DNA of 63,773 nucleotides, filler included, from Octopus bimaculoides (lineage: Eukaryota), in the NCBI RefSeq assembly GCF_001194135.2. It is 5 parts of 5 records of this genome, joined end to end, with 100 filler letters (N's around TTAATTAATTAA, not from the genome) between each part and the next. Parts side by side here need not be neighbours in the genome. Positions count along the whole stretch, not along the records: positions 1 to 15,517 come from NC_068989.1; 4 more parts are not named here. One strand, 5' to 3'. This document shows, piece after piece, positions 1 through 12,500 of the stretch (the first letter of the stretch is position 1; every line of letters begins with the position of its first letter). The notes beneath the pieces are model-generated. The model ran no database searches. It saw nothing but the letters and a program-made list of their open reading frames with translations, and was not told where the DNA came from. The position numbers were made by a program, and so were the translations under genes.

Positions 1-30
1 CTTGTTGCCCTTGTACTAAAACCTGAAACC

Positions 31-420
31 GTGGAGGTGCAATGACCCAGTGGTTAGGGCAGCGGACTCGCGGTCATAGGATTGCGGTTTCGATTCCCAG
101 ACCGGGCGTTGTGAGTGTTTATTGAGCGAAAACACCTAAAAGCTCCACGAAGCTCCGGCAGGGGATGGTGGCGAACCCTGCTGTACTCTTCCACCACAAC
201 TTTCTGTCTCTCTTCTTTCTTTCTGTTTCTGTTGTGTCTGTAATTCAAAGGGCCAGACTTGTCACACTGTGTCAACCCTGAATATTCCCCGAGAACTACG
301 TTAAGGGTACACGTGTTTGTGGAGTGCTCAGCCACTTGCACGTTAATTTCACGAGCAGGCTGTTCCGTTGATCGGATCAACTGGAACCCTCGACGTCGTA
401 AGCGACGGAGTGCCAACAAC
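31..420 (+). mobile_element. Full-length tRNA-derived SINE with 13-bp target-site duplication
   Basis: tRNA-like head with A-box/B-box-like motifs (CCCAGTGGTTAGGGC ... GGTTTCGATTCCC), short (AAC)n tail; identical AAAACCTGAAACC at 18-30 and 421-433. A diverged relative lies on the minus strand at about 62215-62540. Confidence 0.9.
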
Positions 421-923
421 AAAACCTGAAACCAATATCATCAGTTGTAATTATAAGTTAGTTTCTACTAAAATATCCAATTAAATATTCGACTGTACAT
501 CTCTTAATTTTACCAAATTCTTAATAAATCGATGAATGGTACCACCAGCATCTCAGCTATCTCAAAGCTTTTAGGAGAGCTTTAATTAGAATTTCTAACT
601 TTAGCATCAGGCCACAAATTTCTAGGTGAATGTGTAAAATCGATCAAATCGATACTTGTATAAGAACGTTGCATTTTGGGGAGATGGGGCGTGGGGTTCT
701 ACCGCAGTGTGGTCTCAGAGATGAAAGGCAAATTCAAAACCCGTTGGGAGCTTGAACACAGAGTCCATAACAATATATTTAAATTCTGCAAGCAACGTAT
801 TTCGACTTCCACTCCATGACATGTGATATAGTTTTTATTAGTTGGCCTCTATGAAAACCAACTTGATTTTTAAGCACTACTGTTCTACTTTGTTTTTGAC
901 TTCCTTAGTGTATACGTATGTCT

Positions 924-1092
924 GCAGGCGTGGCCGAGTTCTAAGAAGTTTGTTTCCCAACCACATTCTTCCGGTTTCAGCCCCACAACGCGGTACATTG
1001 GGCAAGTGTCTTCTACAATAACCTCCGATCGAGTATAACCTTGTGAGTGAGTTTGGTAGACGGAAACTAAAAAAAGTCCATCGTATATATAT
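924..1092 (+). mobile_element. tRNA-derived SINE (family ending GGTAGACGGAAACTGAAAGAAGCCC + (TA)n)
   Basis: Same core (CCTTGGGCAAGTGTCTTCTAC...TTTGGTAGACGGAAACT) recurs at about 4116-4272(-), 9095-9260(+), 10062-10140(+), 11085-11233(-) and 32610-32745(+). Confidence 0.85.
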
Positions 1093-1214
1093 ATAAGAAC
1101 GCAAAACATCCAGACACCAAGATGATACAAAAGAAAAAACACGGACGGGTCATTCGAAGTTTTCTTTCTTCAGATTATCTTTGCAATTTCGGCTGGCTAT
1201 ACTTGAGATTGCTC

Positions 1215-1261
<47 letters not shown>
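1215..1261. repeat. (AG)n microsatellite
   Basis: Direct reading. One of dozens of (TA)n, (TG)n, (AG)n and (TATG)n tracts; most N-gaps are bounded by them. Confidence 0.95.
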
Positions 1262-2298
1262 TAGGCCAAAGTCACCCGACAGTAAATCAAAATTTCATAA
1301 ATTTTATCTATTCATTTGTGAAAATAGTGTTGCTCAAGAACGACTTCAGTTTCAACAGTTTTCATGATGATTCATATTTAGATGCTTTTATTAAATTCAT
1401 TTCGTTGTTAAACATAAAGAAAACTTGACAATTAAATGGTTTTGATTTACTGTCAGGTAACTTTATATATATATATATATATATATATNNNNNNNNNNNN
1501 NNNNNNNNNNNNNNNNNNNNNNNNNNNNNNNNNNNNNNNNNNNNNNNNNNNNNNNNNNNNNNNNNNNNNNNNNNNNNNNNNNNNNNNNNNNNNNNNNNNN
1601 NNNNNNNNNNNNNNNNNNNNNNNNNNNNNNNNNNNNNNNNNNNNNNNNNNNNNNNNNNNNNNNNNNNNNNNNNNNNNNNNNNNNNNNNNNNNNNNNNNNN
1701 NNNNNNNNNNNNNNNNNNNNNNNNNNNNNNNNNNNNNNNNNNNNNNNNNNNNNNNNNNNNNNNNNNNNNNNNNNNNNNNNNNNNNNNNNNNNNNNNNNNN
1801 NNNNNNNNNNNNNNNNNNNNNNNNNNNNNNNNNNNNNNNNNNNNNNNNNNNNNNNNNNNNNNNNNNNNNNNNNNNNNNNNNNNNNNNNNNNNNNNNNNNN
1901 NNNNNNNNNNNNNNNNNNNNNNNNNNNNNNNNNNNNNNNNNNNNNNNNNNNNNNNNNNNNNNNNNNNNNNNNNNNNNNNNNNNNNNNNNNNNNNNNNNNN
2001 NNNNNNNNNNNNNNNNNNNNNNNNNNNNNNNNNNNNNNNNNNNNNNNNNNNNNNNNNNNNNNNNNNNNNNNNNNNNNNNNNNNNNNNNNNNNNNNNNNNN
2101 NNNNNNNNNNNNNNNNNNNNNNNNNNNNNNNNNNNNNNNNNNNNNNNNNNNNNNNNNNNNNNNNNNNNNNNNNNNNNNNNNNNNNNNNNNNNNNNNNNNN
2201 NNNNNNNNNNNNNNNNNNNNNNNNNNNNNNNNNNNNNNNNNNNNNNNNNNNNNNNNNNNNNNNNNNNNNNNNNNNNNNNNNNNNNNNNNNNNNNNNNN

Positions 2299-2367
<69 letters not shown>

Positions 2368-3602
2368 GTATGTATGTTTGTATGTATGAGTATATATATG
2401 TATATGTATGTATGTGTGTATGTGTATATGTATATGTATATATAATATGATGGTGTCGAGGCAGTCTCCGCTGTCAGTAAATAGAAAATATTTTTCTGTG
2501 ACAAAAAACACTTTGACTCTGATTTCTACTGTACGCTGTTACAGTATCTAGAATTTTTCAGATAATCGAGGTCTGCACTTACGTGATCCGTTCGTATACG
2601 GAGCACGTCACTCAAATACATTCATATTCATAGTTGGACGTTGCATTCTTGTCTCCTAAACTTTCAGACATATCCGAACAGGTTAGCAGAAATTTCACTG
2701 TTCCCATGTCTAAACGAGTTCATACGATGATTGTAACATGATTTGAATTTATCTATGAGCCCCCGTGTTGTTCTAATTCCTTTGGTTGCCATTAGATAGT
2801 TTATCATAATGAAGTCTACAGTACGTACAGAGTTCCTTTTATTTGTGTATACTTATATGTGTATGTGTTTGCGACGGAGGAGAGGATTGTGTATATGCGT
2901 AAGCATACCAGAGAAGATGATAAAAGTGCGTATTTTCACGCATCCAGTGACTTGCTGCAATACAACACCACATCAAGCATCATTTCATCTTAACGTTATT
3001 TAAAATAGACACAAGGTTTGAAATTTTTTAAAAATCGATAGAATATAGTCAATTATCTCAAAACCAATATTTTGCAATTACTTACTTTATCGATCTCGGA
3101 GGACGGCAGAGAAAAGTAATCTACATCAGTTGGATTTCATCGCCCAACATAAAGAAACGTAGCTTAATATTGCGCGTGTAATGCGTTACTAAATTTGCCA
3201 CTCTACCTACTATCATCCGCTTAATTATAATATACAGAAAGAGAGAGAGAGAGGCAGGCGAAGAGAGAGTGTTTATACTTGTAGGTTTGTTCGTGTTACC
3301 GTGTGTGTGTGTGTGTGTGTGTGTGTGAGAGGTTAGAGGAACTGATAAAATTGATGTTCTACTAATAAAGATGATGAAAGGATATAAGACAAGATGTGAA
3401 AGAAACGCGATCAGATATAATTGGCTGAGAACTAGATCGATAAAGAGCAGTCAAGAATGGATTTCTGTATTCATCTGAGAAACTCCCGAATAAAATGGTA
3501 GTCAATTTATCCACTAATTAACATTACCGCTCTCCCTCTCCCCCTCCTTCTCTCTCTCACTATCACTCCCCCTTTGTTACCCTCTCACTCTCTATGAGTG
3601 TG

Positions 3603-3651
<49 letters not shown>

Positions 3652-4115
3652 NNNNNNNNNNNNNNNNNNNNNNNNNNNNNNNNNNNNNNNNNNNNNNNNN
3701 NNNNNNNNNNNNNNNNNNNNNNNNNNNNNNNNNNNNNNNNNNNNNNNNNNNNNNNNNNNNNNNNNNNNNNNNNNNNNNNNNNNNNNNNNNNNNNNNNNNN
3801 NNNNNNNNNNNNNNNNNNNNNNNNNNNNNNNNNNNNNNNNNNNNNNNNNNNNNNNNNNNNNNNNNNNNNNNNNNNNNNNNNNNNNNNNNNNNNNNNNNNN
3901 NNNNNNNNNNNNNNNNNNNNNNNNNNNNNNNNNNNNNNNNNNNNNNNNNNNNNNNNNNNNNNNNNNNNNNNNNNNNNNNNNNNNNNNNNNNNNNNNNNNN
4001 NNNNNNNNNNNNNNNNNNNNNNNNNNNNNNNNNNNNNNNNNNNNNNNNNNNNNNNNNNNNNNNNNNNNNNNNNNNNNNNNNNNNNNNNNNNNNNNNNNNN
4101 NNNNNNNNNNNNNNN

Positions 4116-4272
4116 GCTGCCTTTCAGCTTCCGTCTACCAAATCCGCTCACAAGGCTTTGGTCGGCCCGAGGCTATAGTAGAAGACACTTGCCCAAGGTG
4201 CCACGCAGTGGGAATGAACCCGGGACCATGTGGATAGTAAGCAAGCTACTTACCACACAGCCACTCCTACGC
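4116..4272 (-). mobile_element. tRNA-derived SINE, same family as 924-1092
   Basis: Reverse complement of the family core (CTTCCGTCTACCAAATCC...GAAGACACTTGCCCAAGGTGCCACGCAGTGGGA). Confidence 0.85.
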
Positions 4273-5075
4273 CTAACAGGACTTCAAAATGTTTCCCTCT
4301 ACACTATGTACGTTTGAATTATATCAATAGATGTTTGTGTTGTGGTGAGTTTTACCATTTTGTGCTCAATTTTGCTTTTTTCACGGTATCGGAGTATGTA
4401 ATGCAATTCCAATTGAATGAGGTTACAATATTCTGCTTCAAACATTGGATTTTGGGCAAAGGAATTATTGTACACAGCGCCCAAGTTATATATGTATCTG
4501 GAGGGGAGTATGTGTATGAGTGTGTGTATGCGTGTACGTATGTATATTTTAATGCGTTGCGATTTTTATTTCTCAACTTTCCACGTTTTTGATTACAAAT
4601 TGTATTTATGTTCCAAATGTGTTTACAAGTATAGCTAGCTAGATAAATAGAGAGACAGAGAGAGACAGACAGAGAGACAGAGAAACAGAGAGACAGAGAA
4701 ACAGAGAGACAGAGAAACAGAGAGACAGAGAGACAGAGAGAGATACATACATATATCATGGAGTCCAATGCTTACGTTACCATAGAAATAGCAAACAAAA
4801 TAGCTATGTGCCTATACGACATGTGCATGTGTTTGTATTTGTGTGTGTATATATAGAAATATATATACATATACATATATATATGTGAGTGTGTATGTGT
4901 GTGTGTGTATTTATGGTATGTATACCTGCCTATAGCTCATTTCTGTATCTGTATCGTGAGATATATAGGGCGATGGTCTTTTAATTCAACGTGTTATCTA
5001 CTTATCTATTATATATATTTTTTTTCCTATCGATCTATATATTCTCTGAAATATATCAGTGTGGAGATGCATGTT

Positions 5076-5107
<32 letters not shown>

Positions 5108-5337
5108 AGAGAGAGAGTGAGAGTTTGTGTGTGAGTGTGTGTGTGTGTGTTAGTCTCTGTGTGTGTATGTCTGTGTGTGTGTGTGGGAGGGAGAATGTAT
5201 CTTCTTGATAATGTCTTCTGTTAACACACATATGCTGGCATACATCAAACTACAGATGGAATTGCTTCTACATACGCATCAATAAGTCTATCTCTCTATC
5301 TGACTCTCAATATATCTTTCCTTTCTCTCTCTCTCTT

Positions 5338-5370
<33 letters not shown>

Positions 5371-5979
5371 NNNNNNNNNNNNNNNNNNNNNNNNNNNNNN
5401 NNNNNNNNNNNNNNNNNNNNNNNNNNNNNNNNNNNNNNNNNNNNNNNNNNNNNNNNNNNNNNNNNNNNNNNNNNNNNNNNNNNNNNNNNNNNNNNNNNNN
5501 NNNNNNNNNNNNNNNNNNNNNNNNNNNNNNNNNNNNNNNNNNNNNNNNNNNNNNNNNNNNNNNNNNNNNNNNNNNNNNNNNNNNNNNNNNNNNNNNNNNN
5601 NNNNNNNNNNNNNNNNNNNNNNNNNNNNNNNNNNNNNNNNNNNNNNNNNNNNNNNNNNNNNNNNNNNNNNNNNNNNNNNNNNNNNNNNNNNNNNNNNNNN
5701 NNNNNNNNNNNNNNNNNNNNNNNNNNNNNNNNNNNNNNNNNNNNNNNNNNNNNNNNNNNNNNNNNNNNNNNNNNNNNNNNNNNNNNNNNNNNNNNNNNNN
5801 NNNNNNNNNNNNNNNNNNNNNNNNNNNNNNNNNNNNNNNNNNNNNNNNNNNNNNNNNNNNNNNNNNNNNNNNNNNNNNNNNNNNNNNNNNNNNNNNNNNN
5901 NNNNNNNNNNNNNNNNNNNNNNNNNNNNNNNNNNNNNNNNNNNNNNNNNNNNNNNNNNNNNNNNNNNNNNNNNNNNNNN

Positions 5980-6030
<51 letters not shown>

Positions 6031-6659
6031 CATATACATATATATATATATGTTTATGTATATATGCGCATATATATAAATATATATATATACATATACA
6101 TACATACATATGAGTATGCGTGCGTGTGTGTGTGTGTGTGTGTGTGCGTATGTGTGTGTGTGTGTTTAGGTGTGCATCACGTAGCGAGAGTAACACCGTT
6201 GTATTTACAGGCTTCTATGAAAGAAACGTAAATATTCGCCTAATAATCTTTCCCTTGATCCCAACAGCGGAAACATTCTCGAACAGTCCGTGGATCATTA
6301 AAATGGCACGCTCCAGTGCTTTCGGATTACGCTCTGGAAGATCTGTTCAAGCTATGAGGTCATATGAAGAAGAATAATTAACAAAAACTAGAAATAGAAT
6401 AAAATTAAAATAGAATAAAAATAAAATAGAATAAAATAAAATATCTATAGGTGGTGGGAAATTCCGAAGCTAGTTTCCTGAAATAAATATGGCGGCGAAG
6501 ACAAAAAGCAGCTTTTAATATTATAACTAATGGAATAATGACGTTGTTAAATGCTCCAGCGTAAATTTAATAAGAAAATAAATTTAATAAGGAATTTTAA
6601 ATAAATTTTAAATAATTCTTGAAAAATTGCTCCCTTGTAAATTTAATAATAAATGTTTG

Positions 6660-8151
6660 CAGTCACCATCAGCACCACCACCACTAGGACAACTACGACA
6701 CAAACACTATCACCACTACTGCCTCTACCAATATCATCATCACCACCGCCAGCGCCACAATCGTTACGATTACCGTCACCACCACCGGGTCGCTACAACT
6801 GCCGTCATACCAGCGCCACCAAACCCAACACCATCGCCGCTACTACTACCACCACCACTACTAACACTATTACTGCTACCATTCTCACNNNNNNNNNNNN
6901 NNNNNNNNNNNNNNNNNNNNNNNNNNNNNNNNNNNNNNNNNNNNNNNNNNNNNNNNNNNNNNNNNNNNNNNNNNNNNNNNNNNNNNNNNNNNNNNNNNNN
7001 NNNNNNNNNNNNNNNNNNNNNNNNNNNNNNNNNNNNNNNNNNNNNNNNNNNNNNNNNNNNNNNNNNNNNNNNNNNNNNNNNNNNNNNNNNNNNNNNNNNN
7101 NNNNNNNNNNNNNNNNNNNNNNNNNNNNNNNNNNNNNNNNNNNNNNNNNNNNNNNNNNNNNNNNNNNNNNNNNNNNNNNNNNNNNNNNNNNNNNNNNNNN
7201 NNNNNNNNNNNNNNNNNNNNNNNNNNNNNNNNNNNNNNNNNNNNNNNNNNNNNNNNNNNNNNNNNNNNNNNNNNNNNNNNNNNNNNNNNNNNNNNNNNNN
7301 NNNNNNNNNNNNNNNNNNNNNNNNNNNNNNNNNNNNNNNNNNNNNNNNNNNNNNNNNNNNNNNNNNNNNNNNNNNNNNNNNNNNNNNNNNNNNNNNNNNN
7401 NNNNNNNNNNNNNNNNNNNNNNNNNNNNNNNNNNNNNNNNNNNNNNNNNNNNNNNNNNNNNNNNNNNNNNNNNNNNNNNNNNNNNNNNNNNNNNNNNNNN
7501 NNNNNNNNNNNNNNNNNNNNNNNNNNNNNNNNNNNNNNNNNNNNNNNNNNNNNNNNNNNNNNNNNNNNNNNNNNNNNNNNNNNNNNNNNNNNNNNNNNNN
7601 NNNNNNNNNNNNNNNNNNNNNNNNNNNNNNNNNNNNNNNNNNNNNNNNNNNNNNNNNNNNNNNNNNNNNGTCAATATCCTTAATTACTAAACTGGAAACA
7701 TTCTTCTTGTTCTTGTTGCAGTTTTCTGCTGCTGCTGCTGCTGTTTTTCCCTCTTAGTTGTTGCATTGTCTTTATTGACTTGTAGATGAATTTTGACATA
7801 ATCCAGGTGGCACTCCTGCCGTTCGATAAGCATTACAGGTGTTGGAGGGGAGTGGTGGTGGCGGTGGTGGTGGTGGTGGTGGTGGAGTCGGTTGCAGTGG
7901 CGTTATCAGTGATAAAACGATGAGAAGAAAGATCATGTGGACTATGATGATGATGCGGAGGAGGAGGAAGATGAGACAGAAGGAAAATAAAGGGACATGA
8001 TGGTAATGATGAAGGAGAACAACGGCGGCGGCGGCGGTGGTGGCGGCGGCGGCGGCGGTGACGACGACGGAGGCGCAACAGTGATGCCGACTCCAGCGGC
8101 GGCAAACAGCAACGGCAATGGTGAGGGCGACTCCAATGGCTGCGACGACGT

Positions 8152-8185
<34 letters not shown>

Positions 8186-8470
8186 AATGATGGTGATGAT
8201 GAAGACGGAGAAGACGACGAAGACAACGACGATGATCATGACGACGACGATGATGATGACGATGATGATGAGGAGGAGGAGGAGGAGGGGGGACAACGAC
8301 GATGTAAACGACGACGACGACGATGATGATGATGAGGAGGAGGAGGAGGAGGAGGAGGAGGACAACGACGATGACTACGACGATGATGATAATGGTGATG
8401 ACAAAAACAACGACGACGGAAACGAAAACCAAAAAGAACAAAAGAAAAACTACCCTGGGTGACAACGACG
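6660..8470. repeat. Compound trinucleotide microsatellite field (CAC/TAC/GGT/GGC/GAT/GAC/GAG) spanning an N-gap
   Basis: Direct reading. The overlapping homopolymer-peptide ORFs on both strands are repeat artefacts. Confidence 0.9.
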
Positions 8471-8519
8471 GCATCAATAATGGCGCTGCTTGAAGACTCT
8501 TGATTTAATGCCTTCGACA

Positions 8520-9045
8520 TATCTCATCTCAATTAAGGGACATGTCCTTCACTAATTAACAACAAAGAACCCACATTTACTTTCTCGATCTGTCTCAACA
8601 TTTCCCACTTTTTCTCTCTCTCTCTCTTCCTCCTTCTTATTCCTCTTCTACTCTTCCTAGCGACTTTTAAAAAGGACCTGGTGACTTTTAAAAAGGACCT
8701 AGCAACTTTTAAAAAGGACCTAGCGACTTTTGAAAAGGACCTAGCGACTTTTGAAAAGGACCTAGCGACTTTTAAAAAGGACCTAGCGACTTTTAAAAAG
8801 GACCTGGCGACTTTTAAAAAGGACCTGGTGACTTTTAAAAAGGACCTGGCGACTTTTAAAAATCGTGCTATTTCTAAATTGCAATACTCAGCCTTTATAG
8901 CCACGATGACTGCGTGCCTCTTCATTTCTTGTGTAATCATAGGGTCTGCCATTAATAATTCTGAAATATAAAAAATATTAAGTTGATAAATAAGCTGCTA
9001 TAGTAAAATTAACATATGTCCTCAAATACCTTACGCAACCTGTAT
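8520..9045 (-). mobile_element. Tc1/mariner-like transposon 5' fragment (N-terminal HTH of transposase)
   Basis: ORF 8952-8533 begins MADPMITQEMKRHAVIVAIKAEYCNLEIARFLKVARSF, resembling a Tc1-type HTH N-terminus. TATACAGG-type end near 9043 on the minus strand. The rest of the transposase is absent. Confidence 0.5.
8656..8862. repeat. 21-bp minisatellite, 9 full units plus one 18-nt partial (CCTRGCGACTTTTRAAAAGGA)
   Basis: Units counted directly at 8656, 8677, 8698, 8719, 8740, 8761, 8782, 8803, 8824 and 8845. Confidence 0.97.
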
Positions 9046-9595
9046 ATACACGCATACCTACACACATACATAGGGGTATGCATTTTGCAAACGCCCGCCT
9101 GCTAGCACGGGTTCAGTCCCATTGCGTGGCACCTTTCGCATATGTCTTCTACTATATCCTCGGGTTGACTAAAGTCCTGTGAGTAGATCTGGTAGACGGA
9201 AACTGGAAGAAGCCTATTGTATATATATATATAACTGGAAGAAGACTATTGTGTATATATATATACTCACACACACACACACAAATACATATACAAGGTA
9301 TGTATACATGTGACGCTCAAGCACGTAGGCATTAGAAATCATTCTTGAAGAGAATTACCATTATGGTATTAATTCAAAGCAAGCATGAATTATTCTTCAT
9401 CTTAAATAAAAACACCAAATTAATATTTAAGCGGAGATTAATTTTAGGGATTAAGACTTCCACTTGTTACGTTTATTATTTTCGGAATTTAATGTGTTTA
9501 GATTAGCTAAATAGCGATTCCGGAGGAGCAGTGTGTTTTACTCGTGTGTTTGTTTGAGAGAGTATGTGTCGTGTCACCGTGCACAGGTGTGTGTA

Positions 9596-9631
<36 letters not shown>

Positions 9632-9775
9632 TGTGTGTGAGTATGTGTGTAGGAGCATATGTGCATATGTTTGCGCTCCTTTTCATATTTGTGTGATTTT
9701 TTTGTATATACATGTATTTATGCGTGAGTGTGTGTGTGTGTCTGTTTGTGTGTGAGAATATATGTGTATATCGAC

Positions 9776-9826
<51 letters not shown>

Positions 9827-9835
9827 CAGACAGAT

Positions 9836-9871
<36 letters not shown>

Positions 9872-9917
9872 GGATGGATGGATAGATAGATAGATAGATA
9901 GATAGATNNNNNNNNNN

Positions 9918-9955
<38 letters not shown>
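9776..9955. repeat. (GATA)n/(GATG)n tetranucleotide microsatellite
   Basis: Direct reading. Confidence 0.95.
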
Positions 9956-10159
9956 GTGTGCATGTTTCCGTGTGTGTGTATATCGGTGTATGTGTGTATG
10001 TATCCTCACATTCATGCATAAATGTATACAAACACACATAATACATACAAATATACATAAGCGTGGCTGTGTAATAAGAAGCTTGCTTCTTAACCACATG
10101 GTTCCGAGTTCATTCTCATTGCGTGGCACCTTGAGCATCGCCATGATAGATCGCTGACC

Positions 10160-10511
10160 ACTACACACATTTTTTTCTCTCCTTGTCTTTTTCTGTGTTC
10201 CTTTCTGTTGAAGAGCGTAGGCTCGAAACGTTAAAGACTTTCTCTATTCCCGAACGTTATACTAATACATCCATTTGTTGTTTACACCACCTGTCTTCGT
10301 CTGTTGTTTTTTCGCGAATTCTCCCTATACATACCACACGCTCACGTGGTCGCACCAGCTAATCCTGTCTCTACTCATCACACACGAACTTCTGGACTCT
10401 CTACCTTTTTATTCTGGACTATTTATTCTGGACTTTTTATTCGGAACTTTGCACTCTCCGGCTGCACCTCTCCTGCCTACGGATTACGCTGTACCTATCT
10501 ACTGATAAGAA

Positions 10512-10518
<7 letters not shown>
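10160..10518 (+). mobile_element. Penelope-like element terminal repeat (pLTR) remnant
   Basis: Pyrimidine-rich flank followed by a minimal hammerhead-type motif (CTG.TGAAG...CGAAACG), the established hallmark of PLE pLTRs. No RT/GIY-YIG ORF seen. Confidence 0.55.
10201..10236 (+). ncRNA. Minimal type-I hammerhead ribozyme-like motif, core variant CUGUUGA
   Basis: CTTT-CTGTTGAA-GAGC(GTAG)GCTC-GAAAC-GTT-AAAG: 4-bp stem I, 4-bp stem II, GAAA core, loopless AC/GT stem III, GUU cleavage triplet. Confidence 0.6.
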
Positions 10519-10555
<37 letters not shown>

Positions 10556-11008
10556 GTGTGTGTCTGTGTTTGCCCCACTCCACCGTTGGAAACAGCGGTG
10601 TTCGGCAGAAGGGAGAGACAGATAGATAGATGTGAATTTATGTATATATGTATATATGAATATATGTATGCATGTATGTATGTATGTATGTATGCATGTA
10701 TGTATGTATGTATGTATGTATGTATGCATATATGTATGTATGTGCGTATGCACATTCTTACTACTTTAGCATTACCAAATTCAGGTATGTCTATTGCAAA
10801 TCTGAGCCATGTTATCCATTTTTCCGGAGTAAAATTTACTCACTTAATATTAATTATGAAGAAATTCCGGAAAATCTCCCGCCGCGTTAATAATCTTCGC
10901 CACCAAATCTTCATAACATGTTTTAGTTTATTCTCAAGAAAAATTATACCTTCGTCTCATGGCTAATATTTTGGATACCGCAAAGGTGGCAAATCAACAG
11001 TATCGTTT

Positions 11009-11469
11009 AAGGCGGCGAGCTGGCAAAAACGTTAGCATGCAGGGCGAAATGCTTAGCGGTATTTCGTCTGCCGCTACGTTCAGGCTTTCTTCAGTTTTCG
11101 TCTACCAAATCCACTTACAATTCTTTGGTCTTCCCAAGGCTATAGTAGAAGATATTTGCCCAAGGTACCACAAAGTAGGACTGAACCCGGATCCATGTGA
11201 TTGGTAAGCAAGCTACTAACCACACAGCCACTCTAATACATGTATATGGTTTCGGCGGCGAGCTGGCAGAAACGTTAGCACGCCGGGCGAAATGCTTAGC
11301 GGCATTTCGTCAGTCTTTACGTTCTGAGTTCAAATTCCGTTGAGGTCGACTTTGCCTTTCATCTTTTCGGGGTCGATAAATTAAGTACCAGTTGCGTACT
11401 GGGGTCGGTCTAATCGACTGCCCCACCCTTCCCCAAAATGTCGGGCTTTGTGATTAGAGTAGAAAAGAA
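11009..11469 (+). mobile_element. SINE cluster: truncated Meta-domain-like SINE (11009-11083), inverted SINE of another family (11085-11233), full Meta-domain-like SINE (11254-11469)
   Basis: GGCGGCGAGCTGGCA head twice; central GTCGACTTTGCCTTTCATC.TTTCGGGGTCGAT.AA.TAAGTACCAG resembles the MetaSINE/Sauria-type domain (recognition from memory). Confidence 0.8.
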
Positions 11470-12359
11470 TACATATATATATATATATATTGCTATGATA
11501 TATGGTAAATGCAAAACTATAAACTGAATGCCAAACTGAAATAAGTATTGGAAATGATATGGTTCACTATAAGTCTAATAGGCGGAGCCAGCAGTGTCCT
11601 GATAGGCCTGTAACCTAATGACTGAAACCAGTAAAAGAAAAAAGAAAAAAAACAACGAAAATGTATTCATTATTAGACTCATTGAACATTCGATCTTTGT
11701 TGCCGCGTTACAAGCTCACCACATTTTCTTTTTCATCTGCTTTGTATCACGTGACTGTTCTATACACTCACACGTATGAACTGTACTCACTCACTGTATC
11801 TATTTCCAGTCGGTGTAGCGAACTGGCGAGCTGCCATACATTGATTGAGTGACTGCCAGTGTCATACCTGACAACCATTCCGCCATCCATGCCGTGTGTA
11901 CGTTTGTCGGTTGTGTTGTATCCAGATTTCATCTAGTGCAGACAAATGCGCTGCTTAACCGTACGGGTATCCAACAGCACGCAACAACACCACAGCTAGT
12001 GCACTCACATGCTCTGAATAGCATTTAAGCCTGTATACACACACATACACAAACACACAGACACAAATACACACATATGCACACACACACGCACATACTC
12101 ACACAATCATACATATTCACACACGCACACAAATACGTACACACATATAAACATATATCTTTATACATATAATATGCAAGGTTGCACATATATGCATATA
12201 TTCGCTAACATATACTTACTTACATATTGTGTATATAAGCATATACGTACACACACTCATGTATATATACATATGTGTCCGTGTGCGTGTGTGTGCGTGT
12301 CTGTGTGTTCATAAAAATACATATGCATATATACATACATGCATATATTAATACAATAA

Positions 12360-12500
12360 GCGCGTAGCTTAGTGGTTAGGGCATTCGGCTCATGATCGTA
12401 AGGTCGTGAGGACGATACCCACCCGTGCGTTGGGTCCTCGAGCAACGCATTTTGTTTCACACTGCTCCAACCACTCAACTGACTTATATGAATAGTACTT
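12360..12500 (+). mobile_element. Degenerate tRNA-derived SINE
   Basis: GCGTAGCTTAGTGGTTAGGGCATTCGGC head; related to the copies at 50893 and 62540. Confidence 0.7.

Noticed and set aside
31-110. tRNA gene-like sequences at SINE heads (also 12360, 50893, 62540)
   Set aside because: They continue into SINE bodies with tails or TSDs and lack a complete cloverleaf.
6120-6377. 85-aa plus-strand ORF with an acceptor-like TTTACAG
   Set aside because: It begins in a (TG)n tract, has no recognisable homology, and no compatible upstream exon was found.
1362-7757. Long ORFs (200-380 aa) spanning N-runs, also at 14.4, 23.4, 42.5, 52.8 and 54.6 kb
   Set aside because: They are open only because N codons translate as X and the flanks are microsatellites.
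7772-8520. Poly-D/E/G/H/S ORFs resembling acidic or His-rich proteins
   Set aside because: Pure trinucleotide repeats open in several frames on both strands, with no splice or start context.
8656-8862. Regular repeat array superficially like a CRISPR
   Set aside because: Units are contiguous with no unique spacers, the context is eukaryotic, and there are no cas genes.
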